IMG/VR virus record: IMGVR_UViG_637000270_000013
From: a virus
Reading direction: 5' to 3' (one strand)
Length of the DNA stretch: 64,000 nt
Positions 28,144 through 37,994 of this stretch are shown here, one piece after another. The notes under the pieces are model-generated. The model was not told the origin of the DNA, did not search any database, and was given only the letters and a program-made list of their open reading frames with translations. A program made the translations under genes and the position numbers. Position 1 is the stretch's first letter; the number at the start of each line of letters is the position of its first letter.

Positions 28144-30132
28144 ATGCGCGCCAATCTAATTAAAACCAATTTCACCGCCGGGGAAGTCTCTCCGCGCCTG
28201 ATGGGGCGCGTTGATATTATGCGTTATGCCAATGGCGCGAAAGCTATCCAAAATGGCGTTGTGGTGGTGCAGGGCGGCGTCATGCGCCGTCCAGGTACCC
28301 GCTTTGCGGCCGCCGCCAAATACAGCGATCGCCCGGCACGGCTTATCCCGTATGTTTTTAACCGTTCACAGGCGTATGTGTTGGAGTTTGGCGACGGTTA
28401 CCTGCGCGTTTACCAAAAAGGTAAACCGGTGGTGAACGCCAACAACACACCGTATGAAATTGCCAGCCCCTACAGCGCTGACCGGTTGCCCTCGGTGAAT
28501 TACGTTCAGGGCGCGGATACCATGTTCCTGGTGCATCCGGCGGTGAAGCCTTATCGGCTCCAGCGTCGTGGGCAAACGGACTGGGTGCTGGAGCCCGCAC
28601 CGTTTATCGTCGAGCCCTTTGATGAAATCCGCGAGACACCGAAAAAATGGTGTAGGCCCTCGGCAAAAGAATTCGTTGGCTCCGAGGTGACACTGACGCT
28701 CAGTGATGCGGACCCGGGTGAGAATAGAAATCCACCATTCACTGGTGCGGGATGGGTTGCCCAGGATGTGGGGGCCTATGTGCGCATCAATGGCGGCCTT
28801 GTCCTGATACAGCGCATCGACAGTGCGCAGGTGGCTGTGGGGACGCTTCGCTCGGATTTAAACGCCAAGCAGGCCGCGTCACCCGGCTCATGGACGCGAG
28901 AGGAGTCGGTCTGGACGGATAATTTGGGTTATCCGGGGGCGGTGACGTTATACCAGCAGCGTCTGGTGTTGGCCGGATCGCCCAAATATCCACAAACCAT
29001 CTGGTGGAGTGAAACCGGAGCCTATCTGTCGTTCGAGCTGGGGACCAAAGACGATGCGGCCATCAGCTTTACACTGTCTTCTGATCAGCTTAACCCGATC
29101 GTCCACCTGGCACAGATGAACACGCTGATTGCGCTGACCTACGGCGGTGAATTTACCATTACGTCGGGAAACGACGCGGCTATCACGCCGACCAATATTT
29201 CGGTCAAGAATCCCAGCCCGTATGGCTGTAACCGTATTCGTCCGCTGCGCGTCGGTACCGAAATTCTGTTTATCCAGCGGGCCGGGCGCAAGCTCTATGC
29301 CGTGGCGTACGATCCCGACAGCTTCGTGTCCTATGCTGCTAACGATTTGACGGTACTGGCGGAGCACATCACGGCGGGCGGCGTGCGCGATATGGCGTAC
29401 CAGCAGCAGCCGGACGGGCTTATCTGGCTGGTGCGTGAAGATGGTGTCGCCGTCACGGTGACGATGGATCGCGCTCAGGATGTGGTTGCCTGGTCACGCC
29501 AGATGACTGAGGGTGCTTTTGAGTCCGTGACGTCCATCCCCTCCGAGCGGGATGACGTGCTGTATGCACTGGTTCGCCGTCACATTAACGGGCACACCGT
29601 ACGCTACGTCGAAGTGTTCGATAACGTGCTGAATACCGATGCGGCCATCACCGGGCGTAGCGAGGCCGGTGCTACGACCTGGGCGGGGCTTCGGCACCTG
29701 GAGGGCAAAACGGTGGATGTGGTTGCCGATGGGTCGGTCATGCCGCGTGCCGTTGTCTCTGGCGGGCAGGTCACGCTGGCGCGTAAAGCGAAGACCGTAG
29801 AGATAGGTCTCCACTACGACACCACGATAGAGACATTAACGCCTGAAGTTGCCACGACGGAGGGGACAACGCAGAACGCGCGTAAGCGGACCAGCGAAGT
29901 CACGATGCGTTTTCTTGACACCATCGGCGCAGAATGCAACGGCCAGATCATCCCTTTTCGCACATTCGGCCCGAAGATTTTGGATAAACCGGCACCGCTG
30001 TTCACGGGGGATCACTATATGGGCAAACTGGGCTGGGAGCGTGGCGAGGATACCTTGATTGTGCAGCAGCGCCAGCCGTTGCCGTTTCACCTTCTGGCCA
30101 TTATCACCACGTTTACCAGCAACGGGGGCTAA
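28144..30132 (+). CDS. Tail tubular protein B (nozzle)
   Basis: NFTAGEVSPRLMGRVD, YPGAVTLYQQRLVLAG and AWSR motifs. Confidence 0.9.
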   Translation: MRANLIKTNFTAGEVSPRLMGRVDIMRYANGAKAIQNGVVVVQGGVMRRPGTRFAAAAKYSDRPARLIPYVFNRSQAYVLEFGDGYLRVYQKGKPVVNANNTPYEIASPYSADRLPSVNYVQGADTMFLVHPAVKPYRLQRRGQTDWVLEPAPFIVEPFDEIRETPKKWCRPSAKEFVGSEVTLTLSDADPGENRNPPFTGAGWVAQDVGAYVRINGGLVLIQRIDSAQVAVGTLRSDLNAKQAASPGSWTREESVWTDNLGYPGAVTLYQQRLVLAGSPKYPQTIWWSETGAYLSFELGTKDDAAISFTLSSDQLNPIVHLAQMNTLIALTYGGEFTITSGNDAAITPTNISVKNPSPYGCNRIRPLRVGTEILFIQRAGRKLYAVAYDPDSFVSYAANDLTVLAEHITAGGVRDMAYQQQPDGLIWLVREDGVAVTVTMDRAQDVVAWSRQMTEGAFESVTSIPSERDDVLYALVRRHINGHTVRYVEVFDNVLNTDAAITGRSEAGATTWAGLRHLEGKTVDVVADGSVMPRAVVSGGQVTLARKAKTVEIGLHYDTTIETLTPEVATTEGTTQNARKRTSEVTMRFLDTIGAECNGQIIPFRTFGPKILDKPAPLFTGDHYMGKLGWERGEDTLIVQQRQPLPFHLLAIITTFTSNGG

Positions 30133-30134
30133 CC

Positions 30135-30584
30135 ATGATCCGAACGGCAACACGAAACGATATCCCGGCGTTAATTGCGCTGGGGGCCAGCATGTACCAG
30201 GAATCACGCTACGCGGAAAACTCGCCGTTTGACGCGCTAAAATGCGCTGATTTGGCCGATCACCTTATCAGCGCCGATGCCGGTTGCGTTCTGGTGGCAG
30301 AGCACAACGGGCAGATCATCGGCTGGCTGGCCGGTGGCATTGGGGAGCAATGGTTTTCGCGCCAGTTGATGGCGTTTGAGTACGGCGTCTTCATTTCCCC
30401 TCACCATCGTGGCGGGTCGGCCGGTGCACGGTTGGTCAAATCCTTTATGGCCTGGGCGAAAGAGCACGGCGCCGCGGTGATCAATATGGGCATTACCACG
30501 GGGGTGCACGAGGAACGCACCGGCGAATTATATTCACGGCTTGGCTTGTCACGCACCGGGCTGCTTTATTCGATGGAGGTGTGA
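30135..30584 (+). CDS. GNAT-fold protein (T7 gp13/Bbp13-like)
   Basis: MIRTAT..DIPALI...FISPHHRGG..GARLV GNAT pattern; position after the nozzle gene. Confidence 0.75.
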   Translation: MIRTATRNDIPALIALGASMYQESRYAENSPFDALKCADLADHLISADAGCVLVAEHNGQIIGWLAGGIGEQWFSRQLMAFEYGVFISPHHRGGSAGARLVKSFMAWAKEHGAAVINMGITTGVHEERTGELYSRLGLSRTGLLYSMEV

Positions 30585-30585
30585 G

Positions 30586-31098
30586 ATGTGTACAGGCGTC
30601 GAGATTGCGCTGGTTGCATCGTCGGTATTGGCGGCAGGCGGTGCCGTCGTGCAGGGGCAGCAACAGCAGAAGATGGCGAATTATCAGGCCGCGCAGGCTG
30701 AGGCAGACGCTGATGCGGCTAAAGCGGCGGCAAAGGTGCAGGCGGAAAAAATCCGTAAGGCGGGTCAGCATCAGGCGGCGCAGGCGAATGCTGCACTGGC
30801 TGCCTCCGGGGTAGAAACCGGGGAGGGTACTGCTCTACGCATCACCTCGGGCATTACCGGCGATGCGGAAGAGGATGCCTACACCACGATAGTAAACGGC
30901 ATGAACACCAGCGCACGCTACAGGGCGCAGGCGCAAGCTGACCGCATTAGCGGCAGCAATGCGGCATCAGCGGGATATATCAATGCCGGCAGCGCGTTAT
31001 TACAGGGAGGGGCAAAGGCTTACTCAGGCTGGAAGAAAGCTAACCCGACGACAGACGCCGCTTCAAGTAACCTTTTCGCGAATATGGGGATCCGCTGA
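30586..31098 (+). CDS. Internal virion (ejection) protein, gp14-like
   Basis: Hydrophobic N-terminus followed by Ala/Gln-rich coiled coil. Confidence 0.75.
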   Translation: MCTGVEIALVASSVLAAGGAVVQGQQQQKMANYQAAQAEADADAAKAAAKVQAEKIRKAGQHQAAQANAALAASGVETGEGTALRITSGITGDAEEDAYTTIVNGMNTSARYRAQAQADRISGSNAASAGYINAGSALLQGGAKAYSGWKKANPTTDAASSNLFANMGIR

Positions 31099-33629
31099 TG
31101 CGTATTCCAGTGGGGAATTTTGGCAATGCGACGCCTGCTGCGCAACCGACCCGCGTTGACGTGGGCAACACCGGCGCCGTCGCGAATGCGCTGCAGCATT
31201 TGGCGTCGGTAGGCATCGGGGGCGCGGAGCAGCAACAGCGGCGCATCGAGCAGGAAAGACAGGGTCATTTACAGGCACTGACGCTGCAGCTTGATGATTT
31301 CACCAATGGCTTGGTCAATGACCCCGAACACGGGCTGCTTGCGTTGCAGGGGACAAACGCAGAAGGGGCTACGGGTCATTACACGCGGCAATACGAGGAT
31401 TTCGCCAATAAATTGGCGGCGGAGTTGCCCTCAGATATGCGCGAGCCGTTCCAGCAGCAGGCTATCGCGCGGCGTATTCAACTCGAGCGAACCGGCTTAA
31501 GCCATGAGTTGGGGCAGCGTCGGCGAGTTGAGCAGGGGAATTTTGAATCAACGATAGCCAACAGCCAGACGCGCGCCGCCGGATTTTGGCATGACAACGT
31601 CAGTTATCAACTGGAAGTCGGGAGCGCGCAACAGCAGATCGCCGAGTACGGCAAGGTGCACGGTTGGACCCCGGAACAGATAAGCGAGCAGCAGAACAAG
31701 TATGTGAAAACAACCGCGTTTACTACCGCGCAGAATATCGCGGTATCGAATCCCGCTGATTTTGTCCGGCTGGCGGGAGAGCCCTCAGACGCCGGAGGCG
31801 CGGTGCGCTATAGCGGCGGCAGCGCAACCGCGCCGGTCGGCGTGCGCAGTAACAATCCGGGGAATCTGGTACGCACGGAAAACACCTGGGAGGGGGAGAC
31901 CAAGGGCGACGGACGATTTGCGTCATTCGCGACGCCTGAGCACGGCCTTCGCGCGTTGTGCAAAAACCTGCTGGCCTACAATAAACGCGGTTACAACACG
32001 GTCGAACAAATCATCGGACGCTGGGCCCCCCCGAATGAAAACGACACGGCATCGTATATTGCCGCTGTCTCTAAGGCATTGAAAGTTCCCGCCGACAAGC
32101 GACTCGACCTGACGGACATCAATACGCTAACCGCGCTGTGTGCGGGAATAACCGAGCATGAGAATGGCGGTAACCCCTATTCCAAAGAACAAATCTCAAC
32201 GGGCGCAATGTCCGCGCTGGGTCTGGTGACGCTACCCGCGCCGGACGGTAACCACTTGCGCGCGGCAGGCGCCACAACCGCCGTGACCCAGTTAGATCCG
32301 GTACAGCTTGCGCGGCTGCGCAGCGTGGCGCAGGGGCAGCTCAACCAGCAGCAGCGGGAATATCGTGTTGAGTTAGAGGGTGAGCTGAAAGATTTCACTG
32401 CGGCGGCGTTACGTGGGAAGAATTACCCCCGTGAATTCACAGCGGACGAATTTACCCGTGCCTACGGCTACGATGCGGGACAAAAAGCGTACGCAAATTA
32501 TCTCGATACCCAACAGCTGGGTAGCGATATCTCAACGGTCCAGCAGTTATCACCGGTGGGCCAGCAGGCGTTACTGAATGCACGTGAACCCGTGCCAGGA
32601 GAAGGTTACGCTGAGGCGGCTAAACGCCATGAGACATTGCAAAAAGCCGTTGAATACGTCAACAGGGCGCGAATGCAAGATCCTGTTCAATACGCGGCGG
32701 AACAAAAACAGATTGCCCCTCTCGATATGCAAACGCCAGAGGCCTTCCGCGCCGGGCTATCGTCACGGGGAAGTTTAGCGCCTGAGCTTGCCCGGCATTA
32801 CGGCACCCCGTTAGCCATTTTTTCCCAGTCGGAAGCGTCTCAGATAGGCGAAATGCTGCGTTCTGCGCCGGCATCGCAGTCCATTGCTTATCTGGATGCA
32901 CTGCGACAGGGGCTGGGAGCGGGGGTGCAGTACTCAGCCGCGTTACAGCAGGTGAGCCGCTACGCGCCGTCGGCGGCGGTTGCCGGTGCCATCATGGGAA
33001 AGAGGGGTAACGTAATAGGGAATGAGGGAGGTTGGTTGAGCGCTGATTTAATGGTTACCCCGGATGATGCAGCGAAAACGATTATCGAGGGGGCCAATGC
33101 CCGCGCCGGCGTGACGACCAACGTCAATGGGGTCGAGAATAAAACCCGCGGGATTGAAATGCCTAAAGATACTGATTTACGTCCTGAATTTGTCGACAAG
33201 GTCGGCAAGGCTTTTGCGGGTGATGCCGAAGGTGCTGCGCAGGCGTACGACGTCGCGAAGGATTATTACGCTGGCGTCATGGCCCGCAAGGGGAACGTCT
33301 CAGGGGAATACGACAAAGACACTTGGACTCAGGCTATCAACGTGGCGACCGGGGGCGTATACGACTACGGAGGACAGGGGGACGTGCTGTTACCCTGGGG
33401 GATGTCAGAAAGCCAGTTCAATAAAGCGGTGGGCGTAGCCTGGAAGAAACAAGTGTTGGACGACGGAATCAAGCCGCCGCCCGGGCGATACGGCTTACAG
33501 AGCCACGGCGACAGTCAGTATCTGGTGAAGCTCGGTGGCGGTTATCTGTTAGGAAAAGACGGCAGACCGGTGGTGTTGCACATTGACGCAGAAAAGCTCC
33601 GCTTTGGCGAGGAGGGCATTCCTCAATGA
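31098..33629 (+). CDS. Internal virion protein with an embedded lysozyme-like domain
   Basis: 843 aa; central RSNNPGNL...FATPEHGLRAL...IIGRWAPPNENDT...ITEHENG domain. Confidence 0.8.
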   Translation: MRIPVGNFGNATPAAQPTRVDVGNTGAVANALQHLASVGIGGAEQQQRRIEQERQGHLQALTLQLDDFTNGLVNDPEHGLLALQGTNAEGATGHYTRQYEDFANKLAAELPSDMREPFQQQAIARRIQLERTGLSHELGQRRRVEQGNFESTIANSQTRAAGFWHDNVSYQLEVGSAQQQIAEYGKVHGWTPEQISEQQNKYVKTTAFTTAQNIAVSNPADFVRLAGEPSDAGGAVRYSGGSATAPVGVRSNNPGNLVRTENTWEGETKGDGRFASFATPEHGLRALCKNLLAYNKRGYNTVEQIIGRWAPPNENDTASYIAAVSKALKVPADKRLDLTDINTLTALCAGITEHENGGNPYSKEQISTGAMSALGLVTLPAPDGNHLRAAGATTAVTQLDPVQLARLRSVAQGQLNQQQREYRVELEGELKDFTAAALRGKNYPREFTADEFTRAYGYDAGQKAYANYLDTQQLGSDISTVQQLSPVGQQALLNAREPVPGEGYAEAAKRHETLQKAVEYVNRARMQDPVQYAAEQKQIAPLDMQTPEAFRAGLSSRGSLAPELARHYGTPLAIFSQSEASQIGEMLRSAPASQSIAYLDALRQGLGAGVQYSAALQQVSRYAPSAAVAGAIMGKRGNVIGNEGGWLSADLMVTPDDAAKTIIEGANARAGVTTNVNGVENKTRGIEMPKDTDLRPEFVDKVGKAFAGDAEGAAQAYDVAKDYYAGVMARKGNVSGEYDKDTWTQAINVATGGVYDYGGQGDVLLPWGMSESQFNKAVGVAWKKQVLDDGIKPPPGRYGLQSHGDSQYLVKLGGGYLLGKDGRPVVLHIDAEKLRFGEEGIPQ

Positions 33630-35098
33630 GCTATTTCGGTTTTAGCCCAACACAACAAAATAAAGCGCTGGCCTACGCCTCGGAACATCCCATTGGTACA
33701 GGTACGCTGCAAGATGCAGCTTTCTTTGATGGTGCGGGGACTGCCCTTTTTGAAGGACTGTGGTCTGGCGTAAGACAGGCGGATCAAGTGGGATGGGCGG
33801 CGCTGGATACCGTGATGTCGCCCGTTGCCGAAGCGGTGAGCGAAACCTTTGGCGTGCGTGACTCCTCAGCCGATTTTTTCAAGGAACAGCGAAAACTGGC
33901 GGAAAAAAGCGTCCGCGAACTCACACCCGATCCGGGCACGACCGGAACGGCGGGGCAAGTCCTGTACTCTCTGGGGCAACTAGGCGGACAGGCGATCGCA
34001 GGATCCCTCATGGGTGGTCCTTGGGGCGCTGCTGCAACCGTGGGTACACTGCAAGGGTTCTCCGATTACGAGAAATCTCGAGCCGACGGCGTTGATTACG
34101 GGACCGCCGTTGATAAGGCGCTGGTCACCGGCGGCACGGCGGCATTAGGTGTGGTTCTCCCTATGTCGCTGGGGTTGCGAGCAGGGGGCGCGGTGGCCGA
34201 GGGGGTAAGTGCCGCGCTGTCTGTTGGCAGAGGCGCCTCGGGGGCATTAGCCGGTGCCGTGGCCCGCGCTGCACCTGACCTGTTTTATTCGGCAGGTACT
34301 AATATCGCTATGGGTATGGCCCAGCGTGGGTTATCCGCCGAGACTTTACGACGCGGCGGTTACGAGGACATGGCGCGCCAGTATGACGTTATGGATGCTC
34401 AGGCATTGGCAACCGATGCCGTTTTAGGCGTGGCGTTCGGTGGGCTGGGGCGCTTTATCAATAGCCGAGGTGAGGATGTACCGGTAAGGCGCGTCTCTCC
34501 GGAAGAGATTGACGCCGCGCTAACGAGCAGCAGCCACGTTAATTTTGAGGTGACCGTGGCGCCGGGGGTGCCTGTCAGCGTACTTTCCCGCAATGCCCAT
34601 GCCCAGGCGATGAATAAGGCGATGACGGACGTACTGGCAGGTGAACCCGTCGATGTCGGCGCGCTGCTTGAGGGGGCGGAATTTCTGCAAAAGATGCCAA
34701 GAGTCAATCTGGCTTCACAGTCGGTGCGTGAGGCATTAGGGCTTAGGGGTGGCGCCACCACGGCAGCGGAGCAGTATCACGCGGATGTCGCGGGGATGAG
34801 GGGGTTATCCACGCCTAAACCCCGTACAGTGGCGCAGGTGAGACAGGACCCGTTAGCCGCGGGGGAACATCAGGCCCGTGGTAATGACACTGCGGGTGAT
34901 GAGTATGATTTCCGGCATGCAGAACGCGCCGTGATGGAAAATCCCGATCTTGAGGTGCATGTCGTGAGTCATGATGACAGTGTTACAGCGGTCAGGGCGG
35001 CGGACTTGTTGGCACAAGCCAATAAGGATGTCGAAAACGCGAAGCACGACGCCGGTTTATTTGATGTGGCGGTAAGCTGCTTCCTTGGGAGAGCGTAA
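33626..35098 (+). CDS. Internal virion/ejection protein
   Basis: 490 aa, Gly/Ala-rich hydrophobic segments; coupled to both neighbours. Confidence 0.7.
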   Translation: MSYFGFSPTQQNKALAYASEHPIGTGTLQDAAFFDGAGTALFEGLWSGVRQADQVGWAALDTVMSPVAEAVSETFGVRDSSADFFKEQRKLAEKSVRELTPDPGTTGTAGQVLYSLGQLGGQAIAGSLMGGPWGAAATVGTLQGFSDYEKSRADGVDYGTAVDKALVTGGTAALGVVLPMSLGLRAGGAVAEGVSAALSVGRGASGALAGAVARAAPDLFYSAGTNIAMGMAQRGLSAETLRRGGYEDMARQYDVMDAQALATDAVLGVAFGGLGRFINSRGEDVPVRRVSPEEIDAALTSSSHVNFEVTVAPGVPVSVLSRNAHAQAMNKAMTDVLAGEPVDVGALLEGAEFLQKMPRVNLASQSVREALGLRGGATTAAEQYHADVAGMRGLSTPKPRTVAQVRQDPLAAGEHQARGNDTAGDEYDFRHAERAVMENPDLEVHVVSHDDSVTAVRAADLLAQANKDVENAKHDAGLFDVAVSCFLGRA

Positions 35099-35099
35099 A

Positions 35100-37574
35100 A
35101 TGCGACAGGAATGTATACAGGCGATCACCGCGGCGTCGAAACGCACGTTGACCTCAGCAGAGATCCAGGGGATTGAAGATCGCATCGTGAAAAATATGCG
35201 CCATTTGGCGCGTAACGACCCGACATCATGGCGAAGTTTAAGCGAGTCAGAGCGGATGCAGCGCGCGGGACACATGGCGGCGGAAGCGTTAGAGCGCGAG
35301 GCCACGCTGAAAAAGCGGCGGGTGGCGCTGACGATAGCGGCGCGCCAGCGGTTGGATAACTTTATCGCGGGCTATAAGGGAAAAGGCGGCAAGCTGGAAG
35401 CCCTGAACCGAACGATTGCATTTCACGCTGACGGCAAAGCCCCTTTTTTATCGGTGGAATCTCGCACCAAGGCGACGCGGGATTATGCCCTAAGCCAACT
35501 GGACGAATTATTCAGCGCCATTGACCCGCGTTTCTTTCAGCTTTTTGAGGATAAGCAGGGGATCAGCGATCTGGTCTACGAAATGCGCGGGCAGGATACC
35601 GGTAACGTGAGGGCAAAAAAGGGGGCTGAAGCGTGGAAAAACGTCTCCGAGCTGTTGCGCCGCCGCTTTAACGATGCCGGAGGCGATATCGGTCACCTGG
35701 AAGACTGGGGCATGCCGCAACACCATTCAATGGAAAAGGTAGGCAAAGCCACGCAATCCGACTGGGTCGGGTTTGTGATGGGGAAGCTTGATCGCAATAA
35801 GTACGTCAAAGAGAACGGCGAGCTGATGAGCGATAAGGACGTCGCCGATTTTCTTGGTCATGCTTACAAGACCATTGCCACTGGCGGCATGAACAAACTG
35901 GGTGATTCGGGGCGACGTCTGTCTGGCGCACGCGCGAATCGTGGTAACGCGGAAAGGCAAATTCATTTTAAAGACGCGGAAGGGTATTTAGCCTATCAGC
36001 AACGCTTCGGTGAAAAGTCGATGTGGGATATTCTGGTCAACCACCTGGACGGTATGAGTAAAGATATCGCGTTGGTGGAAACCTACGGCCCTAACCCCGA
36101 TCAGGTGTTCCGCTCCCTGCTTGACGAGCTGGCGGCTAAAACCGCTGACGAAACGCCATCACGAACTGGCAAGATAAAAAAACTGAAGAACAAAACAGAA
36201 GACCTTTACAACTTTATCGCCGGGAAAACGCAGCCGATCGCCAATCCTCATATTGCCCGCTGGGCGGATCACGTGCGCAACTGGCTCGTGGCGTCGCGGT
36301 TAGGCTCGGCACTGATTTCCTCGCTGTCTGATAACGGCACGATGTACCTGACGGCCAAGGTCAATAACTTGCCGATGGCACAGCTATTGCGCAATCAGCT
36401 TGCCGCGATGAACCCGGCGAATAAGGACGAGATCCGGCTTGCCCGTGGCGCGGGTCTGGCGATGGAAACCTTGTTGGGAAGCGTCAACCGCTGGGCGACC
36501 GATAATATGGGCCCTTCGCCCTCTCGCTGGGTTGCTAACGCGGTAATGCGGGCCAGTGGGCTATCCGCGTGGTCGGATGCGCATAAGCGGGCCTACGGCG
36601 TTACCATGATGGGCGGAATCGGTAACCTGGTACGTAAGCACGCCGACATTGCAAAAATTGCCGATGAGGACGCGCGCATACTCAAAAGCAAAGGTATCAG
36701 CTCGCAAGATTGGAAGATATGGAAGCTGGCCGAGCAAGAGGACTGGGGAAATGGCAACACAACGATGTTAACCCCGGAAAGTATTATGCGCATCCCGAAT
36801 GAGAAACTTGCAGCGTTGGGTAATGCCGAGCGGGTGAAATTTGAGGCGATGCGTAAATTGCTGGGTGCCGTCAGCGAGGAAGTGGATATGGCGGTGGTTA
36901 CGCCCGGTGCGCGCGAGCGCATGGTGACCGGCGCGGCGATGCAGCGCGGGGACTGGCGTGGCGAGCTTGTGCGTAGTGTTTTTCTCTTCAAATCTTTCCC
37001 CATCGCGGTCATGATGCGTCATTGGTCCCGTGCGTTGAATATGCCCTCTGCAGGCGGTCGTGCAGCGTATCTGGCGGCCTTTTTGGCGAGTACGACCGTA
37101 TTGGGCGCGATGTCCCAACAAATCAGCGAAGTTATTGCGGGACGAAATCCACGGGATATAACGGGCGATAAAGCCCTGCAATTTTGGGTCAATGCCTTTT
37201 TAAAGGGCGGCGGTGCGGGCTTGTATGGTGATTTTCTGCTTTCCGACCACACCCGGTATGGCTCTGGCGCATTGGCCTCCATGCTCGGGCCGGTGGCGGG
37301 GGTTGTTGATGACGCCATTAAACTGTTGCAGGGTATCCCGCTCAACGCGGTCGAGGGTAAGCCGGAACAAACCGGGGGCGATCTCGTCAAGTTTGCCAAA
37401 GGCATGATCCCAGGTCAAAACTTATGGTATACCAAGGCGGTGTTTGACCATATGGTCTTTAACCAGCTACAGGAAATCTTTTCACCGGGGTATTTACGCC
37501 GAATGGAAAAGCGTTCCCGGAAAGAGTTTAATCAAACCTACTGGTGGCGTCCGCAGGACAGGCTGCCGCAATAA
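35100..37574 (+). CDS. Large internal virion protein (gp16-like)
   Basis: About 825 aa; Gly-rich hydrophobic C-terminal region (KGGGAGLYGDFL). Confidence 0.75.
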   Translation: MRQECIQAITAASKRTLTSAEIQGIEDRIVKNMRHLARNDPTSWRSLSESERMQRAGHMAAEALEREATLKKRRVALTIAARQRLDNFIAGYKGKGGKLEALNRTIAFHADGKAPFLSVESRTKATRDYALSQLDELFSAIDPRFFQLFEDKQGISDLVYEMRGQDTGNVRAKKGAEAWKNVSELLRRRFNDAGGDIGHLEDWGMPQHHSMEKVGKATQSDWVGFVMGKLDRNKYVKENGELMSDKDVADFLGHAYKTIATGGMNKLGDSGRRLSGARANRGNAERQIHFKDAEGYLAYQQRFGEKSMWDILVNHLDGMSKDIALVETYGPNPDQVFRSLLDELAAKTADETPSRTGKIKKLKNKTEDLYNFIAGKTQPIANPHIARWADHVRNWLVASRLGSALISSLSDNGTMYLTAKVNNLPMAQLLRNQLAAMNPANKDEIRLARGAGLAMETLLGSVNRWATDNMGPSPSRWVANAVMRASGLSAWSDAHKRAYGVTMMGGIGNLVRKHADIAKIADEDARILKSKGISSQDWKIWKLAEQEDWGNGNTTMLTPESIMRIPNEKLAALGNAERVKFEAMRKLLGAVSEEVDMAVVTPGARERMVTGAAMQRGDWRGELVRSVFLFKSFPIAVMMRHWSRALNMPSAGGRAAYLAAFLASTTVLGAMSQQISEVIAGRNPRDITGDKALQFWVNAFLKGGGAGLYGDFLLSDHTRYGSGALASMLGPVAGVVDDAIKLLQGIPLNAVEGKPEQTGGDLVKFAKGMIPGQNLWYTKAVFDHMVFNQLQEIFSPGYLRRMEKRSRKEFNQTYWWRPQDRLPQ

Positions 37575-37591
37575 ACCCGCTCGCGCCAATC

Positions 37592-37625
37592 GGTCGGGAT
37601 CCTGACCTTTCAGCAAGTCCATGAT
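37592..37625 (+). promoter_or_regulatory. Late-promoter motif copy 3 (terminase)
   Basis: GGTCGGGATCCTGACC-12 nt-CATGAT. Confidence 0.75.
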
Positions 37626-37652
37626 AGCCCTGTGATAATCACGGGGCTTTTT
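37626..37652 (+). terminator. Terminator-like hairpin immediately before the small terminase ATG
   Basis: AGCCCTGTGA-TAA-TCACGGGGCT followed by TTTT. Confidence 0.6.
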
Positions 37653-37994
37653 ATGCATAACGATGAAAAAACACGCCTCAGCACGCTGAGTGATAAATTA
37701 ACGGATGTGGTGCTGGAAGAAGCCGATCCGGATAACTGGCCTGGTGCAGGAAAGGCCATTGACGCGCACACGCAACAGGAGCGCGGCGATCGCTACTGGT
37801 TCAAGAAGAACGCGGCGGCCACGCTGACGCTGTTAACCAAGGTGCAGACGCTTATAGGCCTGCAAATGCGTGGAGGAACGCCGGGAGGCCGCCCTGGCGA
37901 TGATGATGAGGCGTTTGAGCTGGATCAACAGGTTGCCAGTGCCGAGCGGGAAGCAGAGAAAATCATTGCGCGCATACAGAAAGGGAAGGCATGA
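37653..37994 (+). CDS. Terminase small subunit
   Basis: 113 aa directly upstream of, and overlapping, the large terminase; QQERGDRYW.KKNAAATL motif. Confidence 0.7.
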   Translation: MHNDEKTRLSTLSDKLTDVVLEEADPDNWPGAGKAIDAHTQQERGDRYWFKKNAAATLTLLTKVQTLIGLQMRGGTPGGRPGDDDEAFELDQQVASAEREAEKIIARIQKGKA

